DNA of 64,000 nt from Mayamaea pseudoterrestris (taxonomy: Eukaryota): contig BROI01000024.1 in NCBI GenBank assembly GCA_027923505.1, positions 248,001-312,000 on the forward strand. Reading direction: 5' to 3'. The notes beneath the pieces were generated by a model. The model saw only the letters and a program-made list of their open reading frames with translations. It did no database searches and was not told the DNA's origin. The position numbers and the translations under genes were made by a program. This document shows positions 1 through 8,487 of this stretch, piece by piece (the first letter of the stretch is position 1; the number at the start of each line of letters is the position of its first letter).

Positions 1-380
1 CTCTTTTTGTTGTGGCTCTTGACGCTGACACCCACATTTTCAACCAGTTCTTCAGCAGTTTGAACATTTTCGTCGTCGGCGTTATTATTGTGTTCGTCTA
101 ATTGTTCGTCTGCAGACGAGCTGGTAGTCGTTTGGTGTGGTTCCTCGGGAGAGGCACCATTCTCATGGTGCTCCTCCTCCAAATCGTCACTTGTCAAAAG
201 CATATCCATGGCGCGCACATCATGATTCGCATATTGAAGTTCATGAAACCATCCAGGAGCAATATTGGCTTTGGTCGCCGCTGCTCTTGTTTTGGCAATG
301 GCTGACGATGCCGAAAGAACAAGTATTCCGACGATGATGGCAACGAGACGACGAAGCAGCGGTGATTGCTGTTGCTTCAT
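1..380 (-). CDS. 5' part of a secreted/membrane protein (runs off the window edge)
   Basis: Hand translation from ATG at 380 gives MKQQQSPLLRRLVAIIVGILVLSASSAIAKT..., open to position 1. Hydrophobic signal-like N-terminus followed by an acidic region. Absent from the ORF track because there is no stop in the window. Confidence 0.7.
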   Translation of the reverse strand, partial: MKQQQSPLLRRLVAIIVGILVLSASSAIAKTRAAATKANIAPGWFHELQYANHDVRAMDMLLTSDDLEEEHHENGASPEEPHQTTTSSSADEQLDEHNNNADDENVQTAEELVENVGVSVKSHNKK

Positions 381-705
381 TGTAAGTGCTTTTGTATACA
401 GTCACAAATAGTATCTTGGTGGCTTTTCAAGTCTCTCTCTCTCTCTCTCTTAGTGTTCTGTAACTATTACACTGCAGGATGCGCTTCGATTACCATATCG
501 TTTGCGGTGCGCCCATGGCGATGCGAAAAAGCGCCAAGTGGAAGTCGTACCACGACTGAAACATGAACCCTCAACCCTTTCTAAGCAAAACAATCGCAAC
601 GGTACTCGAGTGAGAGCGCGCGTCGACGCGACGGATCGTCCAAGGTCCATTCGTCGTCTCGCTCATTCCTTCACTCGCTGCAAACAATAGGAAGGAAACT
701 TAATC

Positions 706-2264
706 ATGGCAAGAAACACTTACAAGATGGATGAACGAATAGCTGCAGTTGCTACGAGTCTCTTTGCACTCACGGCTCTTGGATTCCTGCAGCTGCAACG
801 CCGAAAACAACGGCGGCAGCAACCTAACACGTTAATGCACCATGATAGCCTCGTTGGAATCCGAGGCCACAAGGCGCTCCAACCTTCACTTTCCTATCTG
901 GAACAGTTTTTAGCTTGCATGCCAAACATGTGCGATCCACTTACCAATCCATCTGGTTACATTCCACTTTGCATCGCCGAGAATCGTCTCATTGTCGACA
1001 TTTTGGCGGAACGATTCATGCAGGTTGGAACAGCGACCGCCATTTTCTCCGACTCCCAAGTGTACTTTTACAGTAGTTTCCTGGGCATGCCCGTGACGAG
1101 GGAGGCTGCCGCCTACTTTTTGGCGCGGCGTTTTCTGTTTCCTGACGAACTCGACTTGGGACCCGACAAGGCGCTGACGCACGTGCAGCCGAAACATGTC
1201 GCCATTTCGGCGGGAGGCGCCGCCTTGCTGAACAATTTATTCTTTCTGCTGGGCGATGCGGGTGACGCATGCTTGATTCCGCGTCCGTACTATGCGGCGT
1301 TTGAAAACGATATACAATTTAGTGCCGGCATTGTTCCGATTGGGATTCATCAACGTGATCCGGCGGAGGGTCCAACGTTAGCGGAACTGGATGCAGCCTA
1401 TAGTCAAGCAGTGACGCAGGGCCATACGCCAAAGTTCATATTGCTGACGAATCCAAACAATCCGCTGGGAACTGTTTACGCGCCGCAAGTCATGCTGCGG
1501 ATCATTCAGTGGGCCCGGCAAAAGCGCATGCATACCATTGCCGATGAAATGTATGCGCTTGGTGTACATACTGTAGGTATAAATATGAAGAACTTGCAAT
1601 AGTTGCTGCAGCAATGTCTCACAACATTCCTTTACAGAAAACTGGTCATGGCTTCCACTCGGTCATTCAGATACTTGGCAACGAACTCGGCAATGACGTT
1701 CACTTTATATGGGCCGTCTCCAAAGACTTTGGCGCCAGCGGACTCCGCGTCGGCATTGTGTACTCGCAGAATGAAGTATTCATGCAGGGACTTGCCACGG
1801 CCAATATATTCACCTGCGTTAGTCAGCCAATTCAATACTTGGTTTCCGAACTTTGGACGGACGATCAGTTTCTGGATCACTTTTTGGATGAGTCACGGCA
1901 TCGAACATTGATTAGCTATCACATTTGCATCTCCAAGCTGCAGGAAATGGTAGTACCTTTTGTGCCAGCGACGGCAGGGATATTCGTCTATGTGGATTTC
2001 TCGTCGCTGCTGCCGGAAAAGACGTTTGACGGAGAGCAAAGGTTTTGCAAGCTCATGTTTGACTACGCCAGAATCGTCTTGACGCCTGGTGAGAGTCAGC
2101 GCGATCCTCGGCCCGGCATGTTTCGAATTTGCTACGCCTGGGTATCGCCTGCGGTGCTGGCCATCTCCATGGAGCGACTGAGTCGGCTCGTTGCCAAGAT
2201 TCGCAAGCTGGATTGGAGCGATTTAAATGAGCGGAGCTTGCAAGGAGTGTTACATAATACATAG
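706..2264 (+). CDS. PLP-dependent class I/II aminotransferase, ACC synthase-like; exons 706-1572 and 1638-2264
   Basis: Motifs GYIPLCIAEN, LTNPNNPLG, ADEMY and SKDFGASGLRVG (PLP lysine). A GTAGGT...TTTACAG intron at 1573-1637 joins the two ORFs in frame. N-terminal hydrophobic anchor. Confidence 0.88.
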
Positions 2265-2304
2265 ATACAAGAGTTAAATAATTTTTATGATTTGTGTACT
2301 CATT

Positions 2305-5300
2305 TCAAACGTTAAAGCGCACTCTCTTGCAGCCACGATGTTCCAGGTCCTCTATGGGGAGCATGTACTTGGGGCGTTTGCGGTGTATGCTCTCCTCTAC
2401 TTTTAACTTTTTGTTCTCCTTTGCAGTCGTCGTGACATCGGGCGTTTGCGCAAAATAATGGTATTCCGTGAGCAGGCGAAGTGAGCGGAGCAAAAAGTGG
2501 GTCTTGGAAAGTTGATCAGACTTTAGATCACTCGATTCTCCTCTCGCCACGCTCTTTCCTATGCCTACTTTATCCTCATTCATCAGCGCGTCCAGATTTT
2601 CCATAGTCTCCTCCACCGTTTCTTTGGCAATAATCGTTTCCACCTCCAGTCGGCCCATCGCGCCCATCCGCCAAGCTCTCGCAACCGCCTGATCCATCAA
2701 TGACTTATCGAGAATTTCTTCGAGGAAGAATACATGTGTAACAAACGACAGGTCTAAACCCTCACTTCCGTCTTTGCCCAGCAGCATGCAAAAGCAATCG
2801 CTGTTGGAAGCAAATTTAGTGAGCTCTGCCTGACGAGATTTGCCCCAAAACTCAGCGATGCAGGCGCTTCCAAACTCCCAGATAAGACGAGTCCCGATGA
2901 CATTTAGCACCTCACGAAATTGTGAAAAGATAATGGCCTTCAGCGGTCTATGATCGCCCACTATTGCCAAGTTAAATTCCGAACTACCGGAAGCACACCA
3001 TTGGCGCCTTTGTGAGCAGAGTTTTCTAAGCTTTTGCGTGAGATAGAATGCTTTGGACTCGTCCGGTGGACAGGGAATTCCTACGCGGTAACAAGTTGCA
3101 CATCGACTTTTCTCATTTGTGAGCACGCAAGCATTGTGCTCATGCAAGCACAAAACGCAACGTCCGTCAACTGCGAATATATCGAATTCGCATTTGTGAT
3201 CACCGTACTTTCTCGTTCGTCGACGCTCTAGTAAAGGTCGAACAATGGGCTCTAGGTTGATCGTATCTGGTTGCGTTCCAATCGAAATCTCTGACGCTGA
3301 AGGCTTCCTTTGCGGAATATCCTTTTTTTCGTCGACAACAGTACTCCAAGTAAAATCAAAGCCGGGCTGAAGCAACTGGAAGTCGTTTACGTCAAAGTGG
3401 GCGTCACAAAGCGCGCACTCGCTACAACCATCCATACACTCGGGGCAAGCGAGTCCCCCACAACAAGGGAGGAGAAGGAGCATTGCCAGCCGCAAACCAC
3501 AGCACTCACAAGGAAAAATCTGTTCCTCTTGCGCTCCTATCATGTATTGACGAATCTTGTGAATGCGAGACTCGCATATTTCATGTTTTTCAAGAAGTTC
3601 TATAGTCTCCAGAAAGAAGGCAGGTTCAAGCTTAAGCATCACTCGAGAAAATCCTATACATGATCGACGAATATTGTCAAGTGCTTTCTTCGCAGATTTT
3701 CGCTGCGACCGATGCAACAGCGAATCCTGTAGGCCCATCGGACTTCCGCCCATGCCGCAGACAAGCAAATTCGTCTGCACTGCACAAGCGATCGAGTTGT
3801 ACGCCGCCGCTTCCTCAGGGCTCATGGTAACAATCTTCCTATGATATAATGGTGAAGGAAGCTCCACAATGTCCAGCTTCGTATGCCGCTTCGTGAGTAC
3901 TTTCAAAAGATTCCGCAATCTAAAAAATGACGCTAAAGATTCTTCGTTCCACGACGAGGCAATGTTGGATTTCCATATCCTTTCGCCGTCAAGACGAGAA
4001 GAGAAAAACTCGTGTTGTAAAAAGGTCACGAGATGCTTAATCTGAGTAAATTGTGATTTCGTTTGCTTGGTAGGGGTACCGGTCATGGCCCATCGTCGTT
4101 GAGCAGATATCCACGACGCGAACTGAATTGTATTGCTGTTTGGCTGCTGTGCCATCGAATGGCCTTCATCTACCACCAAGCGCAGCCAATGAATTTTAAG
4201 AAGAGGACATGCCTCGTTTGCCTCATCGTCGAGATGATATGATGAGCTGCCATTACGATTCCGCTCAAGTTCCTTTCTTAGAGAGCCATTGCTCCATTCA
4301 TTTTTACACCGCATATTTGACGTAATGACGACTTGAAATTTCGCTAAGAAAGCAGGAGAAGGAAGCTTTCGCGTCGTGGCCATGTCCAAAAAGATAAAGG
4401 GTGAATGCGTCTTGTCATGATCAATCTTCGACAGGGCCATCTCAACCGTCATCTCGCCCTTGGAGGCATGTTGATGGAAGACAAACGTTAATGGACGTCT
4501 TCCAGGTGCAACGACATAACTCGCGTCAACGTGTCGCTCGATCTGTGTTTTCCAGTGATTTAACAATACAGAAGGAACAATTATTATCGTCGCCGAAGTA
4601 GAAAGTAACGCCTCCTCCAATTCTCGCAGTTTTTGCTTTTCGATTATGGCAGTCACTCGTGAATTCGGTCGAGCGGATGCATTAGCGAATGACTTTTTCG
4701 CGGAGCAAAGCTGGCTTGTCTTTAACTCGTAGACAAGCGCTTCGAATACAGATAGGCAATCTTCCCGCTCATCATCGTGGTGGTCAAAAATCGGAAAACG
4801 CTTAATTATGTTGCGAACATTGTCTTCAAACAATCTGAAGCTCGTGCTATATTCATTGTTGTCAACCCGACCCATGATCCGTTTGCACTCAGAGACAAAC
4901 TCACGCCCACTTGCGGGAAGACGACGAAGTAAGTCAAGTACAAGACGGCGCAGCATCGGTCGTTGAAAATCAGTGCTCACATGATCCGAATAATACGTCT
5001 CAAAGATTCTAGCATCATCATTGTTTAAACCTCTTGGCTCGTCATCCACGATCGAGATCTCTTTCATTGGCGCCACCGCAGGCATTGTGGACATGCCGCT
5101 TGTTTGCAATATTAAACTTAGCAGCGTAATTGTCTTGCCCAAGCCGGGGTCATCGCAAAGCAATCCACCACGCGCCACCTTGCGTGGCAATTGTTTCATA
5201 AGTTCAGTGTCCTGGACTTCTCGGCCAGTCCGTTGATCAATCCGAATGCACGATGTAATAGATGAATGACAATCGTTGTCTATGCAACGAGGCCTCAGTA

Positions 5301-6384
5301 ACGTCGTCCACCCGCCCGTCACGGAGCGGTGCAAATCGCCCGGCAACGTTGGATCCAAGCAATCTCGTTCCATCAAGCCTTTGCACTCGCGTTGTCGCAT
5401 CCACGTGAGCGAAGCAACTTGATGCTGATACAAGCGCAGCTTCAAACCCGGCACCACGGCGCGGAGCGTGTCACGCATGCTGGTGCAAGTGTTGCGTAAC
5501 GAGTGTAGCGATTTGGCGCGCAAAAAGGGAGCCAGCGAGTCGACTAGAATCTCCTTGGGAAGCGCGATGAGCAGCGACGTTGAGAGTTTCGCTTTGTATA
5601 ACCTTTTCATGGACGCTAGGTCGCATTCATTTGACCCAGGAATGCGTCGATAGAGCTCCGAAAACGTCATTTTGCTGGGAAAGAGCGGAGGGTTGTCGCG
5701 TCGGTGCTCCAAAGTAGTTTTGTCGTTCTGTTGCAGGCGCTCCATGGCTCCATCCAGCTGAGTCCAATCATTCTGTACCAAGGACAGCAACAGTTGAAGT
5801 GCCGGGGACAATGGTTTGTTAAATTTGGGTGCATTGACTGCTAATAAAAAGCGTGAACCGGGCGTTCCTTGCTGCAGGTAGGGAAAGGACAGCGTCACGA
5901 CAAGAGAGGCGCTCAATCTTGGATTTTTCTTGTCAAGCTCTGAGCAGTGAAGCAGCATTTCTGCTCGTTCAATAGTAACATGGTCTTGACAAGCCTTGAC
6001 CAAGCCCAGCAGTAGATACATGTCACTACGTGCCTCTTGACATTCGTGACAAATAACGTCGGAAGCCTTGCCAGAGAACGAAATTATGCTGCTCAGGTCC
6101 ATGTTTGATCGATTCTTCCCTTTGTCATTGTCGTGCCCATTCCTAGGTTTCTCAAACGTCCAATTCAATTGACACGAGGTGCAGCCCTGCGAGCAATTGT
6201 TGTCGAGTAACGATTTGTCGTTGCGAGCAAAATCAATCGGCAGCCATGTCCTCATCGGCAAGCTTTCAACATCGCCAGCAAAACCGTCCAAGTCGAGCTG
6301 TGACTCCTCAATGAGAAGGTATGCTATTTCCATATTGTTTGGTGCGGTCCTCATGGCACTTTGTTTTGCAAAGGTGGAATGCAT
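2305..6384 (-). CDS. SNF2-family (RAD5/16-like) helicase with F-box-like segment and RING finger
   Basis: GGLLCDDPGLGKT (Walker A), VVDEGH, MTGTP, RING-like CECC...CC...CPEC...CALC, QAVARAWRMG (motif VI); F-box-like LLIALPKEILVDSLAPFL. First in-frame ATG at 6384 (the track start at 6501 is GTG). Confidence 0.85.
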   Translation of the reverse strand: MHSTFAKQSAMRTAPNNMEIAYLLIEESQLDLDGFAGDVESLPMRTWLPIDFARNDKSLLDNNCSQGCTSCQLNWTFEKPRNGHDNDKGKNRSNMDLSSIISFSGKASDVICHECQEARSDMYLLLGLVKACQDHVTIERAEMLLHCSELDKKNPRLSASLVVTLSFPYLQQGTPGSRFLLAVNAPKFNKPLSPALQLLLSLVQNDWTQLDGAMERLQQNDKTTLEHRRDNPPLFPSKMTFSELYRRIPGSNECDLASMKRLYKAKLSTSLLIALPKEILVDSLAPFLRAKSLHSLRNTCTSMRDTLRAVVPGLKLRLYQHQVASLTWMRQRECKGLMERDCLDPTLPGDLHRSVTGGWTTLLRPRCIDNDCHSSITSCIRIDQRTGREVQDTELMKQLPRKVARGGLLCDDPGLGKTITLLSLILQTSGMSTMPAVAPMKEISIVDDEPRGLNNDDARIFETYYSDHVSTDFQRPMLRRLVLDLLRRLPASGREFVSECKRIMGRVDNNEYSTSFRLFEDNVRNIIKRFPIFDHHDDEREDCLSVFEALVYELKTSQLCSAKKSFANASARPNSRVTAIIEKQKLRELEEALLSTSATIIIVPSVLLNHWKTQIERHVDASYVVAPGRRPLTFVFHQHASKGEMTVEMALSKIDHDKTHSPFIFLDMATTRKLPSPAFLAKFQVVITSNMRCKNEWSNGSLRKELERNRNGSSSYHLDDEANEACPLLKIHWLRLVVDEGHSMAQQPNSNTIQFASWISAQRRWAMTGTPTKQTKSQFTQIKHLVTFLQHEFFSSRLDGERIWKSNIASSWNEESLASFFRLRNLLKVLTKRHTKLDIVELPSPLYHRKIVTMSPEEAAAYNSIACAVQTNLLVCGMGGSPMGLQDSLLHRSQRKSAKKALDNIRRSCIGFSRVMLKLEPAFFLETIELLEKHEICESRIHKIRQYMIGAQEEQIFPCECCGLRLAMLLLLPCCGGLACPECMDGCSECALCDAHFDVNDFQLLQPGFDFTWSTVVDEKKDIPQRKPSASEISIGTQPDTINLEPIVRPLLERRRTRKYGDHKCEFDIFAVDGRCVLCLHEHNACVLTNEKSRCATCYRVGIPCPPDESKAFYLTQKLRKLCSQRRQWCASGSSEFNLAIVGDHRPLKAIIFSQFREVLNVIGTRLIWEFGSACIAEFWGKSRQAELTKFASNSDCFCMLLGKDGSEGLDLSFVTHVFFLEEILDKSLMDQAVARAWRMGAMGRLEVETIIAKETVEETMENLDALMNEDKVGIGKSVARGESSDLKSDQLSKTHFLLRSLRLLTEYHYFAQTPDVTTTAKENKKLKVEESIHRKRPKYMLPIEDLEHRGCKRVRFNV

Positions 6385-6559
6385 GCTAGCAAAGAATTTT
6401 GACGGCGCGTGAGCGATCCATCGCGTCACGCTTGACGTCTCACCGTGAATGAGCCGACGTCGGCGTGGTCCTGGATCAGAACCTGGACACGCGCAAGGCA
6501 CACTGAGCGTCCGTTTCTACTACAAGCTGGTTTCGCGTTACGCCGGCCAAGAGTAGGGC

Positions 6560-6744
6560 GAACACCGATTAATCTCTATCCAACACCAGATTCTTCCGTT
6601 TCCTACACAAAGACGGCGATTGCTAAAACTTGGGAAGCTAGGGATAGCTACCCAAGCACCCCCACTGGACAAGCAGAGCAGAGCTAGCTAGATCCGCTCG
6701 GAGAGCAGATCCCTTGCCAGCTGCAGTGAGCTGCTGCTATACCA
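6560..6744 (-). repeat. Repeat B2 (185 bp), 3' terminal copy
   Basis: gaacaccgattaatc...gctgctatacca, identical by eye to 7091-7275. Confidence 0.95.
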
Positions 6745-6762
6745 GGGATGGGCTGGGTGGGT

Positions 6763-7090
6763 ACTTTAATCTATATTACTTGACTCGAGTCGGGATGATC
6801 GAGGCAACAGAGACTGAAGAATGAGGACGATGGCAAGTGCTTGCAATCGATTGCAACTCGGGGAGACTCCGGCAGCTGGTCTTGGGGCTTACTTAGACAG
6901 GGTCACGTGCCCGAATCTTCACGACCAGATCCTTCGGAGTCGCCTAGGAATGACTTCGCGGGGAATCAATTCTCCGAACTTGAAGGGCGGGACGCCAGAT
7001 GATGACGAAATTTGCCGAAGAACGGCTGCGTCATCATGACTAGGCTGTAGCCAATCACCACTTTCCATCCGACACTTCTGAATCCCAAAT
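6763..7090 (-). repeat. Repeat A2 (328 bp), internal copy
   Basis: actttaatctatatt...gaatcccaaat, identical by eye to 14156-14483; the same 72-aa spurious ORF is called in both copies. Confidence 0.95.
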
Positions 7091-7275
7091 GAACACCGAT
7101 TAATCTCTATCCAACACCAGATTCTTCCGTTTCCTACACAAAGACGGCGATTGCTAAAACTTGGGAAGCTAGGGATAGCTACCCAAGCACCCCCACTGGA
7201 CAAGCAGAGCAGAGCTAGCTAGATCCGCTCGGAGAGCAGATCCCTTGCCAGCTGCAGTGAGCTGCTGCTATACCA
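7091..7275 (-). repeat. Repeat B1 (185 bp), directly abutting A2
   Basis: Duplicate of 6560-6744; the B1|A2 junction mimics the joined ends (circle junction) of the element. Confidence 0.95.
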
Positions 7276-7308
7276 TCTTGGAGAGAGCAAGGGATCGCGC
7301 GTTAGGAG

Positions 7309-8487
7309 CTAGACGCCCCAGACGCGACCAAGGTCTAAGGAGGAGTCGTGGCTGATGCCCGTTAATGGAATGGTGGTGGTGACAAGCGCGGGCGTTGGAG
7401 AAGGATTGGTGTTGTTGATGGCTTGAATGCGTTGAGCGGTAATGGTGTTGAACTTGGTGATGGATAGCATCCGTTTAGCTACATCGACGGAGAACATGTC
7501 GACTTGCTTGCGTATGTATTCCATAAATGCCTCGCTGCGCCAGCGTCCCTGCAGCTGAATGGTCCTTAAAGGGACGCCAGACATGTACATTGCCATTGCT
7601 GCAGTTGCGCGGATAGAATGGAGACCAACTGTCTCGACAGAGAGGCCGATGGAGGAAGGATTCTGACCGGCAATGAAATGACGTAGGAATTCGCGCCCCA
7701 TTTTTGTATTGCAAGTGGCGAGTTTGCCTTCTTCGTCTTCGTAACAGTAGAAGTTGGCGTCCTCTTTAACCAGCTTGCGAGCCACTAAACGCCTCGTATT
7801 GCGCACGAGGCGAGCGGCAAAGATAACAGGACAGAAACGCCAATGGCCAGAGCGATGGAGCGTGACGCCTTCATCCTTAGCTTCGTTCTTTTGCATGCCA
7901 AAGATGAGCGTCACTGAATCGGCAAGATGGAGGAATAAACTGTCGTGAGGCACAAGCGTGCCATCCTTCCAAAACTTGGTATCAATAGCTCGGAGCGGGA
8001 GAGTGCGACGTGAGACTTTGTCGCCCCGGTAAATGGCCAAGTACTCACAAGAGCGAAGGGCGAAGAAGGATGCTAAACCAACGAGCAATTGAAAATGCCG
8101 GAAGGCAAAGGACCGCGATTTTTGCGTTGTTAGCTGCATCATGAGGTCCATTGGGAGCGCCTGTTGATGGTTTGTCGACGGATCCATGTTGGCGTAGCCT
8201 CGATAAAGGCGAGCTAAGATGGGTGGCGTGTCGCCTCGTTCGTTTTTGCGAGGATCGGGGTAACCCGCGGACGTAAAGGCCTTAGCCACACCATCGACGG
8301 TGGAACGGACAGATCCAACAACCAATGCATCCTTGCCTTTTGTTGGCTTGGAGTACTCGCCTTGGCGAACGGAATGGATGAAGGCGAGGAAGAGATTGAG
8401 GCGGTCGCCGTAGGAGCAGCGGTCCATGAAGGGATCGTCTGCGAAACCAGCTCGCTCAGCGAACTGCATCCAACGGTCCCAAGCCAT
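7309..8487 (-). CDS. Tyrosine recombinase of the retroelement
   Basis: Catalytic R (ALRSCEY), K (MQKN), H-x-x-R (HSIRATAA), W (QGRWRS), Y (MEYIR). Overlaps the 3' end of pol in another frame. Confidence 0.93.
   Translation of the reverse strand: MAWDRWMQFAERAGFADDPFMDRCSYGDRLNLFLAFIHSVRQGEYSKPTKGKDALVVGSVRSTVDGVAKAFTSAGYPDPRKNERGDTPPILARLYRGYANMDPSTNHQQALPMDLMMQLTTQKSRSFAFRHFQLLVGLASFFALRSCEYLAIYRGDKVSRRTLPLRAIDTKFWKDGTLVPHDSLFLHLADSVTLIFGMQKNEAKDEGVTLHRSGHWRFCPVIFAARLVRNTRRLVARKLVKEDANFYCYEDEEGKLATCNTKMGREFLRHFIAGQNPSSIGLSVETVGLHSIRATAAMAMYMSGVPLRTIQLQGRWRSEAFMEYIRKQVDMFSVDVAKRMLSITKFNTITAQRIQAINNTNPSPTPALVTTTIPLTGISHDSSLDLGRVWGV

Noticed and set aside
6821..7039. Identical 72-aa ORFs at 6821 and 14214
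   Set aside because: By-product of repeat A, antisense to the element; no coding evidence
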